This document shows, one piece after another, positions 12,325 through 25,069 of a stretch of 64,000 nt of DNA. The position numbers were made by a program, and so were the translations under genes. Origin of the DNA: Octopus vulgaris (Eukaryota). Location of the stretch: NCBI GenBank assembly GCA_951406725.2, contig OX597816.1, forward strand, positions 70,618,001 to 70,682,000. Reading direction: 5' to 3'. The stretch's first letter is position 1; each line of letters begins with the position of its first letter. Under the pieces are notes generated by a model. The model was not told where the DNA came from. It did no database searches and worked only from the letters and a program-made list of their open reading frames with translations.

Positions 12325-12640
12325 TGAAGGCATGTGGCTTAGTAGTTAGGGTATTTGGCTTATAGTCATAAGGTTGTGGGTTTGATTCCTGGTAGTATGC
12401 TGTGTCCTTGAGCAAGACACTTTATTTCATATTGCTCCAGTCCACTCAGCTGGCAAAAATTAAGTTGTACCTGGAATTCAAAGGGGCCAGCATTATCACA
12501 TTTGGTGTGCCATGCTGAATCTATTAAGTACAGATGTGATTGTGTAGTACTCAACCACCTGCATGTTAATTTTAAGAGCAGGCTGTGCCACAGTCCAGAT
12601 CAACAGGAACACAAATCATCATAACCAACGAAGTGCCAGT
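12325..12640 (+). mobile_element. tRNA-derived SINE, family C variant
   Basis: tggcttagtagttagg..gggtttgattcc..ttgagcaagacactttatttcatattgctccagtccactcagctg. Confidence 0.7.
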
Positions 12641-13189
12641 TACTATGAAGTGCATATATTACATCTAGTATATAGTATGTGTGAAAGAGTACAGCCTTGT
12701 GGTTGAGGCATGGGCTGGTAATAGTTAGATCATGGGTTCAATCCCCAGGCCAGATCACATATAGTTTACTTGAATAAGTTACTTCATTTTACATTGTGCC
12801 AATCAATTTAGCTAAAACAAGTCCCAGTAAAGTACTGGGGCAGTTGTGCTATTTTAGATGTTCCACAGGGTCATTGACACCCTCTCAGACTTTCCAGTGG
12901 TCATTGGCCCTACTTCAGGCACTGGGAAGGGCCAAGGGATCTCAATATCTGCTTACAATTGCACAGATGTCAAAACCAAAGCTTGAATGCATGGTACATG
13001 ATACCAGGTTATACTGAAAATATGAGAGGCATACATTTAATCTATTGAGTGAAATAATCTAGTACATACCATGTACTACATCTGCTATGTAATACGCACT
13101 ACTTAATATATAGCTTAACAAGTACATAGATCATGGAGTATAAGCTATAAATGTATACACACACAGACGAAGACACACAAACACATGCA

Positions 13190-13220
<31 letters not shown>

Positions 13221-13246
13221 GCACATACACATATATATGTATATAC

Positions 13247-13298
<52 letters not shown>

Positions 13299-13543
13299 GG
13301 GGGTGCATTTGTTAGTTTAACCAAGTGAAACCAACACTTCACACTTCACTTATTGATTGCAGGCAACTCTTGTGAATCCTGCTTCATATATGTAGTACAC
13401 ACAAACTTGTACATGTATATATAAATATATATATGAATGTGTGTGTGTGTGCATATATATATGTGTGTATGTGTGTGTGTACATGTGTGCATGTATAAGA
13501 CAAATATCATACATATAAATATATGTATAAACGTGTATGTATG

Positions 13544-13577
<34 letters not shown>

Positions 13578-15015
13578 AACACACACACATATATATATAT
13601 ACACACACACACACTCACACACTCACACATATATAGGCACATGTGGCAACATATATCCATACCCACATGTGTGTACATGTATATATTCAGCCAGAATATG
13701 TTTTAAAATATATACAATTATAGATTCATATATTAAGCACAATAAACAAAGAAGAAAGAAATGATATATTTTTTTCAAAATATAAAAATGATGAATAATT
13801 TTTTCAAAAACAGTGTAAAGAAAGATAATGCAAATAACAAATATTGTATAAGAACAATACTGTATAAAAAAAATTTGTCAATAATGGAAAAAAAAAATTC
13901 AATGAAAATATTTATGGGTAAACCTTAACTTTAACCTACAAAACTTAAAACTATACAGTTATCTTTATATATCCATATTATTGGAAAACAAGTTTTACAC
14001 TACTAAATTAGCATTTGTTGAAAGATGAATATTTCTTCAGAATATCAAAATTGTGCATGTAACAAATATAATTTAGGTTTTAGTTGATTTTTGCTAGATT
14101 TCACAGGTTAAACTTAAAGATTACCAAACATTATATGGGAATTTGAATCAATAAAAATTATTGAGAAGATCAAAATTATTCGTTTAATCTTTTATAGCTG
14201 AAATGAGTGCCAGAATATAGAAAGGTTTGCAGGTTAATCTTAATGGTTATCTCGTATTATTTATAAATTTGTGACAATAAAACTGTATTTATTGGGAATA
14301 CCAGCATTTTCTATGCAATTTAATACAGCTAAAGTCTGAGATGAAATGCAGATTGTTTTTCAAGTTTATCTAAACCTATATCATCATCATCATCAACCTC
14401 GTTTAGCGTCCGTTTTCCATGCTAGCATGGGTTGGACGGTTCTACTGGGGTCTGTGAAGCCAGAAGGCTTCATCAGGCCCAGTCAAATCTGGCAGTGTTT
14501 CTACAGCTGGATGCCCTTCCTAACGCCAACCAACTATATGAAAATTAAAAATAAAATAAAACTAAAAATAAAAATTAAAAATGAAATAAAATAAAAATTA
14601 AAAATATAATAAAATAAAAATTATAAATAAAACAAAAATTAAAAATAAAATAAAAATTAAAAATAAAAATAAACTAAATAAAATAAAATAAAACTGTATT
14701 TCTTTTATCTTTTATCTTTTATCATTTACTTGTTTCAGTCATTTGACTATGAGCATGCTGGGGCACTGCCTTGAAGAATTTTAGTCAAACAAATCAACAC
14801 TAGTACTTTAATTTTTTTTTAAGCCTGGTTCATATTCTATCAGTATCTTTTGCTGAACCACTAAGTTATAGGCATGTAAACATATCTGTGCTGGTTATCA
14901 GGCGGTGATAGGGGACAAACACATACACACATAGATATACATATACATATACATGATCATCATCGTCATCATCGTTTAACGTCCACTTTCCATGCTGGCA
15001 TCAGTTGGACAGATA

Positions 15016-15047
<32 letters not shown>

Positions 15048-15111
15048 AGTGTGTGTGTGTGCATCTGTGTGTGTGTGTGCGTGTATATATAATTATATAT
15101 ATGTATGTATG

Positions 15112-15174
<63 letters not shown>

Positions 15175-15205
15175 ATATATATATGTATGTATGTATTTAT
15201 GTATG

Positions 15206-15236
<31 letters not shown>

Positions 15237-15289
15237 GTATGTATATATATATATATGTATGTATGTATGTATGTGTGTATGTGTGTATT

Positions 15290-15328
<39 letters not shown>

Positions 15329-16582
15329 GTGTATGTATATATTATATACCAAATCTACCAAATCCACTCACAAGGCTTTGGTGAGCCCAAAGCTACAGCA
15401 GAAGACACTTGGCCAAGGTACCACACACTGGGACTGAACTCAGAACTATGTAGTTGGGAAGCAAACTTCTTACCAAGTAGCCACATATCAGAAATTTCTA
15501 CTTAATAATATTTAGTTGAAATAAGAGCGAGATTAATAGATTTTGTAGGTTAAAGTTAATGATTACCCAACATCATATGGGAAATTTGTATCAATAAAAA
15601 TTTATGTATTTGTAATAATAAAAATTTACCATTTAACAAATAATACTTTAAGTAAGAACTGACTTTAGTTGGGTTTTGTAGGTTAAACTTAAAGATTACC
15701 TAATATTGAATGGAAAATCGAGTCAATAATTGTAACACAACATAGGACCAAAAACACTTACATCTCTATTTCTGTGATTCTATCTTCATCCCTTCCCAGT
15801 GACTCTGGCAAGAGCTGGTGTGTATTTGCCAATGAAGCTGGTTTAATCAACTCTCCTTCATTGAAGACGGAAAAAACATGCCACGACGTGAAATAGCGCG
15901 TGTGATAGAAACATGTGATTACATACAGACACTCCTACAAACATATGCACATACATATAGACATGCATGGATACATATATATATACACATATGTGCATTT
16001 GTATACTTACATACAACACAGTACACAGATTTATAAATACATATGAACATATGTAGATGTGTGTGCATATATCCACATATAGACAGACGCTTACATGCAT
16101 ATATGCATTCATACATTTATTCATACAGATATGTATTTAGACACACACATTGATGTGTGTATATGTAAACAGGTGTGTGCATAGAAATATATGTAGATAC
16201 AGGCATATTTATACACACACATGTGCAGAGGATGTAGATATTTACATATTGATAGGCAGAGATTGCCATATATATACATAATTACAAACACAAGTGTATA
16301 TTCCATACATCCTTGGTAATTATATAATTACTATCATACCTCTATACACATTCTATACTCGCGTATAATCTCATGTTTTTATATATACACTAGTACATAG
16401 ATTCTCTCTTCCTTCTGTTATAATCTTTCTTTCTTCAAATGTGTGTGCATCTATGTCTACATATTTGTGTAAGTACATACACACATACATATATAAGTGT
16501 GCACACATACACACACATGCACATATATATACACACACAGAGAGTGACATCTATATATGCATCTTATATATATATATATATA

Positions 16583-17228
16583 TCAGGTCATCCCATAAGT
16601 TCTGTCCGATTTTACCTTTCTTAAAATTGAATGATATTTAATAGTATTTTGGAATGTCTAATGGATTTTAAAATTATTTTTATGTATTTATGTACATTTA
16701 AACTAATTAAATATTATTTTACAGAATAATAGAATTAAAATAGAAGATTTGAGGCACATAATGCTTTATGAGTACAAAAAGGAAACTCTGCAGCCGAAGC
16801 GATTCGAAACATACACTCAGTTTATGGGAAAGAATGCTTGAACGAAAGAACTTGCAGATGATGGTTTGCAAAATTCAGAAGTGGAGATTTCAGACTTGAA
16901 GATGAAGATTGAACAGGACATCCAGTTGAGTTTGATGATAAGCTCCTTGAGGCATTACTTGAAGAAAATCCTGCATTATCATTTGAAGAATTGGCAATAA
17001 AGCTTAGTTCAAACCATACAATTGTTCATCGTCATCTTCAACAACTTGGAAAGGTTCCTAAACTTGGAAAATGGATGCCTCATGAATTGTCTGAAAGCAA
17101 CTGCAAATCCCGAGTTGACATCTACTCTTCTCTCCATTCTCACGAACTCATTTCACCCTTTTTGGATAGACTTGTGACTGGTGATGAAAATTGGATCTTC
17201 TATCGAAATGTTAAGTGTTGGAAACACT
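16583..17228 (+). mobile_element. 5' half of a decayed mariner transposon
   Basis: TA-flanked TIR-like start tcaggtcatcccataagttctgtccg; RHIMLYEYKK..WFAKFRSGDF.LEDE..GKWMPHEL..FLDRLVTGDENW. Confidence 0.85.
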
Positions 17229-17414
17229 ATTTAATACTGATATCAGTCATGACTATGATCTCAAGGTGTGATATATCACCAAAGGCCTCGGTCACCTGTC
17301 ACTGAATTCATGAGGCCAAACGTTCGAAGTGTTATTTATGTGCCACTGGCACAGGTGCCAGTTACATGGCCCTGGTATCAGCCATGGCTAACGTTTCAGA
17401 ATGAGAATGATTAT

Positions 17415-17668
17415 ATATAGACGACCATGCACAGCTGTGTGTGTGTGTGTGTGTATGTGTGTGTGTGCGCGCGTGCATGTATGTTTGTGCGTGCATGTGT
17501 GTATGTGAGTTTTGTTGTGAGCGTGCATGTGTGTGTGTGTGTATATGTGGGTGTATGTGTGTGTGCATGCATGTATGCACGCATGCGTGTGTGTGTGTGA
17601 GTGAGTATGTATGTGTATGCATGTGTGTATGTGTGAGTGTGCCTGCATGTGTGTGTATGTGTGAGTAT

Positions 17669-17714
<46 letters not shown>

Positions 17715-17855
17715 GTGCATGTGTGTAGGTGTGTGTGTTAGTGTGTGTATGAGTGTGTGTGTGTGTGTGAGCACGCATGCATGCGTAAGTGTGTGATTGT
17801 GCAAATGTGTGTATGTGTGTGAGTGTAAGTGAGTGTGTCTTTGCATTTGTATTTG
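17415..17855. repeat. Imperfect (GT)n microsatellite
   Basis: Direct inspection. Confidence 0.95.
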
Positions 17856-18227
17856 TAAGTACTAGGGTTAATTTGTTTGGCCAAACCATGGAAGGGATAG
17901 ACTACATAGCAGCTCAGTAGTGAAACTGGGCCATTGAACTGTGACTTTCTTTACTCAATTGAAATCATCTAGGACTAGCATCCCAGATAAAATGCTTGGT
18001 GGCATTCTTTTGAAATTGTAGCAAAGGTGATTTACTGTGATTATGTATGGGATGTTTTCATTTTGGGATATCGGCTCCACAAGCCTTTTCATTCCAGTAG
18101 GTCACATGACCTTGTGATTAACTGAAAGTGTTGTTTGCATTGGTCAGTTTCCAGCCATCCAATCGCGTTAGTGCAACAGTTGTTTTTCTTACATGGGAAA
18201 TTAATCACCAGCTCTAGGAGCCTATTG

Positions 18228-18281
<54 letters not shown>

Positions 18282-18545
18282 GTTTAATGTCCGCTTTCCA
18301 AGCTAGCATGGGTTGGACGATTTTGACTGAGGGCTGGTGAACCAGATGGCTGCACCAGGCTCCAATCTTGATTTGGCGGAGTTTCTACAGCTGGATGCTC
18401 TTCCTAAGACCAACCACTCTGAAAGTGTAGTGGGTGCTTTTTACATGCCACCGGCATGGGAGCCAGTCAGGCGGTACTGGCAATGACCTCGCTCGAATCT
18501 TTTTACACATGCCACCAGCACCGGTGCCAGTAAGGCGACATTGGT
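18228..18545 (-). mobile_element. RTE-LINE 3'-tail copy
   Basis: (cat)n cgtttaatgtccgctttccaagctagcatgggttggacg.., reverse complement of the RTE tail. Confidence 0.8.
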
Positions 18546-19189
18546 AAGAATGACAGTTCTCAACCGCTCTAGGTCTTTGGCACACACCACTGACCACATG
18601 CAACTCATCTCCAGCAATGATGTATCTGATACAAGCCAGTCTCCGTTTTCATCTTCCCCATCTGATGCCTGCCTACATCATTGCTGTATGACCATCACAC
18701 AACTAACAGACCAATGGTGACCTCTACACATCACCAAACAGTATGTCAACTACGTGTACAAGATCAACATTCCAGCCTAACCATGAAGTCTCTCACATAT
18801 CCTTGTGTGAAAGACTTATGTTATTTTGTTTCATGTATGGCAATCATTGTAGTTTATAACAGAGAATAAATCGTCACTTACCAGTACATTTCATCTCAAG
18901 TCATATATCCATTTTCACATTTCCTTTATTTACCATCTTCATTATAGCATCATGTCCTAAGTTCATATTCCATCGAGGTCGATTTTGCCTGTCATCATTT
19001 CAGGGGTCAATAAAACAATTACCAGCTGAGCATTGGAAGCAAGGTAATCAACTAGCACCACTCCCTCAAAATTTCATGCCTTCTGCCTATAGTAGAAAGA
19101 ACTACATTTTTTATAAAGCAGAATTTACATAATTCTTTCTCTCACATAATATAACACTTATTTATTTATTTATTTATTTATTTTATCTA

Positions 19190-21400
19190 GTTTCAGCTCA
19201 CGAGCTGTGGCCATGCTGGGGCACCGCCATTTTTTTTTTTTTTTAAGTCGATTATATCGACCCCAGTGCGTAACTGGTACTTATTTAATCGACCCCGAAA
19301 GGATGAAAGGTAAAGTTGACCTCGGCGGAATTTGAACTCAGAATATAGCGGCAGACGAAATACCACTAAGCATTTCACCTGACATGCTAACGGTTCTGCC
19401 AGCTCACTTGTTTTCAACTCTTTTGTTTTAGTTCTAAGCAAAAATGTGTCTTAGTTGACATTCTTACAACAAATAAAGATAACCTTATAATTAATATTAG
19501 TTGTATATTCTTTTCTACACTAGGCACAAGGCTCAAAATTTGGGGGGAGGGAGTCAGTCGATTAGATCAACCCCAGTATGCAACTGGTACTTAATTTATT
19601 GACCCCGAAAGGATGAAAGGCAAAGTTGACCTCAGTGGAATTTTAACTCAGAAAATAGTTGTATATTATTGATATTAGTAATAAGAGTAAGGTGGTGAGC
19701 TGGCAGAACTGTTAGCATGCCAGGCAAAATGCATAGCAACATTTCATCCATCTTGACGTTCTGAGTTCAAATTCTACCGAGGTTGGCTTTGTCTGTCTTC
19801 CTTCCAAGGTCAATAAAATAAGTAGCAGTTGAACACTAGGTTGATGTAATCGATATACCTACAGCACCAAAATTTGCTGGCCTTGTGCCAAAATTTAAAA
19901 CCAGTATTAGTTGTATGTTATTAATATTGATTTCAAATTTTGGCACAAGGCCAACAATTCTGAGTAGGCAGCGAAGTCAATTCATCGACCCCAGTGCTCA
20001 ACTGGTACTTATTTCATCAAACCCAAAAGGACGAAAGGCAAAGGCTACCTCAGAGGAATTTGAACCCAAAATCTAAAGATGGAGAAAATGCCACAAACTA
20101 TTTTGCCCAGTGTGCTAATGATCCTGCCAGCTTGCTGCCCTAGTATATTATTAATGTTAATAATTCTTTCTACTGAAGGCACAAGGCCTGCAATTTGGCA
20201 GAGTCAGGACTAGTCAATTACATTAACCCCAGTGTTTCACTGGTACTTAATTTTATCGACCCTGAAAGGATGAAAGGCATAGTCGACTGCAGTGGAATTT
20301 GAACTCAGAACAAAGATAGACAAAATGTCTCATGCATTTTGTCCAGCATGCTATCAATTCAATCAGCTCACCAACTTGTTTGTTCCTTCTCGAACCATGC
20401 CTGGCTCATTAGGGCTGGTTTCCCGGTTTCCCAGTTTTCTTGGTGTATAGGTTCCCCACCAGGATGGGATGCCAGTCTGTTGCAGGTGAGCTGCAAGATG
20501 CAAGAGGAAAGAGTGAGAGAAAGTTGTGGCAAAAGAGTCAGCAGAAGTTCACCATTACCTTCTGCCAGAGTCGCGTGGAGCTCAGGTGTTTCGCTCATAA
20601 ATACACACATCACCCAGTCTGAGAATCGAACCTGCGATCCCTCAACCGCAAGTCTGCTGCTCTAACCACTAGGCCATATGCTTCCACAGCTCACCCACTT
20701 AGTATGTTATTAATATTAGTTTCAAATTTTAGCAAAGGTCAGTAATTTTAGAGGAGGAGTAAGTCAATTACATTGACCCATTGCTTAACTGGTACTCACT
20801 TTATTGACCCCAAAAGGATGAAAGGCAAAGTTGACTTTGGCAGAATTTGAACTCAGAATGTAAAGATAGACGAAATGCCACAAACCATTTTGCCCGGCAC
20901 AGTAACAATTCTGCCAGCTCACCACCTTTAGTATGTTATTAATTAATATTAATAATAAAAGTAAGGTAACGAGCTGGAAGAATTGTTAGCACATTGGGTG
21001 AAATGCTTAGCAGTATTTCATCTGTCTTTACATTTTGTGTTCAAATTCCACTGAGGTTGACTTTACCGTTCATCTTTTCGGGGTCAATAAATTAAGCACC
21101 ACTGGGGTCAATCTAATCGACTGGCTTCCTCCCCAAAAATTTCGGGCCTTGTGGCTAGAGTTGAAAATAATATGTTTCGAAGGGCAGGGAGCTAGAAGAA
21201 ACGTTAGCACACCAGCCAAAATACTTAGTGGTATTTTGCCCATCACTATGTTCTGAGTTCAAATTCCACCGAGGTCGACTTTGTTTTTCATACTTTCTGG
21301 GTCAAGAAAGTAAGTACAAATTGTGTACTGGGATCGATCTAATCGACTGCCCCCACCTCCCCCAAAAATTTTGGGCCTTGTGCCAAGAGTAGGAAAGGAC
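19190..21400. mobile_element. Cluster of about 8 SINE family B copies in mixed orientation plus one OR-type SINE (20373-20686, minus)
   Basis: Repeated gaccccgaaaggatgaaaggcaaag / ctgccagctcacc modules; OR-type SINE bounded by TSD cagctcacc (20364-20372, 20687-20695). Confidence 0.85.
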
Positions 21401-21825
21401 ATTAACAATAAAAGTATTATATCAGATACTTGTTTATGAAGATCTTGTAAATGTTGTAATCGTTGTTGTTATTTCTGGATGAGTGGGTGTTTGTTGTTGC
21501 TATGGTATTTATCGCCATCAACATCAGTGGATGCAGGCGTCAACCGAATGCTTTCTTAACAAACCTTATATTTATTTGGTATATGTATGCACTCATATGT
21601 ATGCATGTGTGTGTATGCGTACATGTGTGTGTGTGTGTATGTGTGGGTGTTCATTTATATGTAAACCAAGCATAAGTGCATGTATATCTGTACATGCATT
21701 TACATTTGTAGATATGCATAGAATAAACTTTTGTATACACAAACATATATACACAGGTATGTGTGTGTATATATATATACACACACACATATGTATATAT
21801 ATATGTGTGTGTGTATCTGTACTCT

Positions 21826-22039
21826 TTACTCTCTCTTTTACTCGTTTCAGTCATTTGACTGTGGCCATGCTGGAGCACCGCCTTTAGTTAAGCAAATCAA
21901 CCCCAGAACTTATTCTTTGTAAGCATAGTACTTATTCTATCAGTCTCTTTTGCCAAACCACTAAGTTACGGGGACGTAAACACACCAACATTGGTTGTCA
22001 AGCGACACGCAAACATATACAGACGTGCAAACATATACA

Positions 22040-22083
<44 letters not shown>

Positions 22084-22249
22084 CATATATACGATGGGCT
22101 TCTTTCAGTTTCCGTCTACCAAATCCACTCACAAGGCTTTGGTTGGCCTGAGGCTATAGTTGAAGACACTTGCCCAAGGTGCCACACAGTGGGTCTGAAC
22201 CCGGAACCATGTGGCTGGTAAGCAAGCTACTTACCCCGCAGCCACTCCT
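21826..22249 (-). mobile_element. SINE family A
   Basis: Near-identical to 1345-1777. Confidence 0.85.
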
Positions 22250-22291
22250 ATAAGGGAGCAAAGTGTACATACACTGCTATATATATATATA

Positions 22292-23065
22292 TAAAACGCA
22301 AAATGGAACAAGAATGCAAAACATCCAGACAACTAGGTGGTACAAAAAGGGACACCAAAACATCCAGATAGACGATACAAAGAAAACAAGGACGGGTCAT
22401 TCGAAGTTTTCTATCTTCAGTCATGAACCAGATTATCCTCGCAATTTCAGCCGATTATTCTTGAGATTGCTCCAATCTGGCCAGCCGCAAGGAAAAACTA
22501 AGCTAAGAGCATTAGATTCCTTGGAAGAAAGCAACGGATGTATACAAAAACAAGGATGGAAAAAACGGACAAAGTTACACAAATATAAATACAATAATAC
22601 ATACAATAAAAATAATAACAGAACATAACAACAGGGTCTTTCGACTAAGGATGAATTGAATTAAGCTGATGCATGTGGAAATGAAGCCTTACGACAGAGA
22701 TACAAAAATTTCACAAACACAGGGAAGAATATCAATGTTGCACGGATGGTGGTCAGACCAAGAAAGAAAGAACAGGCTAGGCTGACTGTGCCGTCATGTG
22801 GGAAGAGAAGAGAGAGAAGTAGAAGCAGAGAGACAGAAGAATTAAAGAGGGGCGAGAAAAAAGGACAGGGACACAGTGAAGTGAAAAGTGGAGGGAAAGT
22901 GAGTAAGAAGAGAAAGCAAAGAAATGTGAGTGAGAGGGAAAAATAGAATGAAGAGTGGAATGAATGAATAAGTGTGAAAGGGCAGCCCCAAGGAAAAACT
23001 AAGCTAAGAGCATTAGATTCCTTGGAAGAAAGCAATGAATGTATACAAAAACAAGGATGAAAACG
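22292..23065. mobile_element. (TA)n-associated element with an ~80-bp direct repeat (pLTR-like), unclassified
   Basis: cagcc(g/c)caaggaaaaactaagctaagagcattagattccttggaagaaagcaa..tatacaaaaacaaggatg at about 22482-22560 and 22983-23060; 5' part related to 44100-44300. Confidence 0.55.
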
Positions 23066-23151
23066 CATCTTTTATTAAACCACTAAGTTACAGAGAACAT
23101 AAATGTACCAACACAAGTTGGCAACTGGTAGGGAAACAAACAAAAATACAT

Positions 23152-24839
23152 AGACGAGAGAATTTGTTTAGATGAAATGCAGTTCGGTTTTGTACCAGGT
23201 AGAAGCACCACTGATGCTATATTCCTGGTCCGACAACTGCAGGAGAAGTACCTAGCTAAAGATAAACCCCTCTACATAGCTTTTGTAGACTTGGAGAAAG
23301 CCTTTGACAGGGTTCCCCGTTCCCTCATCTGGTGGTCGATGCGGAAACTGGAGATTGAAGAATGGCTAATAAGGGCTGTACAGGCTCTATACAGAGAGGC
23401 TGTCAGCAAGGTTAGGATTGGCAACGAATATAGTGAAGAATTCCGGGTAGAAGTAGGTGTGCACCAGGGCTCAGCCCTCAGTCCCCTTTTATTCATCATA
23501 GTCCTTCAGGCAATAACAGAGGAATTCAAAACGGGATGCCCCTGGGAGCTCCTCTATGCCGATGACCTAGCTCTCATAGCAGAATCACTACCGGAACTAG
23601 AAGAGAAATTTCGGGTGTGGAAGCAAGGGTTGGAATCAAAGGGCCTTAGAATAAATGTAGCAAAGACCAAAGTATTAGTAAGCAGCAAGAGGTACTCAGC
23701 ACACACCCCCTCGGGTAGGTGGCCCTGCTCAATCTGTAGGAAAGGTACAGGTAGAAACTCCATAAGATGCACCCAATGTAAGTTATGGACACATAAGAGG
23801 TGCAGCAACATTAAAGGGAAATTAACAGATAAGATAGCTTTCATGTGCGGCAGATGCACAGGGACAATAGACACAACAGACACTCAGAAAACAGATTCCA
23901 TCACACTCCAGGGAGAGAAACTAGAAGTAGTTGATAGTTTCCGCTACCTGGGTGACCAAGTTAGTAGCGGAGGTGGATGCACAGAGAGTATCACCACTAG
24001 AATACGAATAGCCTGGGCAAAGTTCAGAAAGCTCCTACCCCTACTGGCAACAAAAGGTCTCTCCATTAGAGCGAAAGGTAGATTGTATGATGCATGTGTG
24101 CGAACTGCCATGCTTCACGGTAATGAAACATGGGCAGTGACTGCAGAGGACATGCGTAGACTTGAAAGAAATGAAGCTAGCATGATCCACTGGATGTGTA
24201 GTGTCAGTGTGCACGCAAGACAGAGTGTAAGCATCCTAAGAGAAATGCTGGATATAAGAAGCATCAGATGTGGTGTGCAAGAGCGACGCTTGCGATGGTA
24301 TGGTCATGTGCTGCGGATGGATGAAGAGAGATGTGTGAAGAAGTGCCACTCCCAAACAGTTGAAGGTATCAGGGGGAGAGGTAGACCCAGGAAGACATGG
24401 GATGAGGTAGTCAAGCATGACCTCAGAGCATTGGGCCTCACTGAGGCAATGGCGAAAGACCGAGATATCTGGAGATATGCTGTGACTGCAAAGACCCGGG
24501 CTGCTTTCTGCAGCAATTCCACATACCCCCTACCCATTCAAAGTACCCCGGATCCCCAAAGTACCCCAGACCCAGTTGCCCCCGTGCCGCTGGCACGTTA
24601 AAATGCTCGAACCGATCGCGACCGATGCCGGACCCCCCGGCCCCTGTGCAGGTGGCACGTAAAAAGCACCCAATCCACTCACGGAGTGGTTGGCGTTAGG
24701 AAGGGCATCCAGCCGTAGAAACTCTGCCAAATCAGACTAGAGCCTGGAGCGGCCCCTGGCTTCCCAGACCCCGGTCGAACCGTCCAACCCGTGCTAGCGC
24801 GGAAAACGGACGTTAAACGATGATGATGATGATGATGAT
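23152..24839 (+). mobile_element. 5'-truncated RTE-clade LINE inserted in the microsatellite of a SINE A copy
   Basis: Open RT ORF, structured 3' UTR and terminal (GAT)n; SINE A sequence on both sides (about 23080-23150 and 24840-25065). Confidence 0.93.
23177..24601 (+). CDS. RTE LINE ORF C-terminal part: reverse transcriptase with an embedded PHD (C4HC3) finger
   Basis: QFGF..STTDAIF, FVDLEKAFD, GVHQGSALSP, LYADDL, FRYLG, RRLRWYGHV, RGRGRPRKTW; 474 codons without a stop. Confidence 0.92.
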   Translation: MQFGFVPGRSTTDAIFLVRQLQEKYLAKDKPLYIAFVDLEKAFDRVPRSLIWWSMRKLEIEEWLIRAVQALYREAVSKVRIGNEYSEEFRVEVGVHQGSALSPLLFIIVLQAITEEFKTGCPWELLYADDLALIAESLPELEEKFRVWKQGLESKGLRINVAKTKVLVSSKRYSAHTPSGRWPCSICRKGTGRNSIRCTQCKLWTHKRCSNIKGKLTDKIAFMCGRCTGTIDTTDTQKTDSITLQGEKLEVVDSFRYLGDQVSSGGGCTESITTRIRIAWAKFRKLLPLLATKGLSIRAKGRLYDACVRTAMLHGNETWAVTAEDMRRLERNEASMIHWMCSVSVHARQSVSILREMLDIRSIRCGVQERRLRWYGHVLRMDEERCVKKCHSQTVEGIRGRGRPRKTWDEVVKHDLRALGLTEAMAKDRDIWRYAVTAKTRAAFCSNSTYPLPIQSTPDPQSTPDPVAPVPLAR

Positions 24840-25069
24840 ACATGCACACAAGCACACACACACACATGCACACACAAACACATGGATATAGTTATGTATG
24901 TCAGGCTTCCATGCAGTTTTCATTTACCAAATTCAATGACAAAACATTGATCAGTATGGGACTACATTAGTAGACACTTGCTCAAGGTGCCATGTCAGAG
25001 GACTGAAACTGAAACCTCATGGTTCGAAAGTGAGCTCCTTAATCATACGACCATGCCTGTGCCTTTTTA

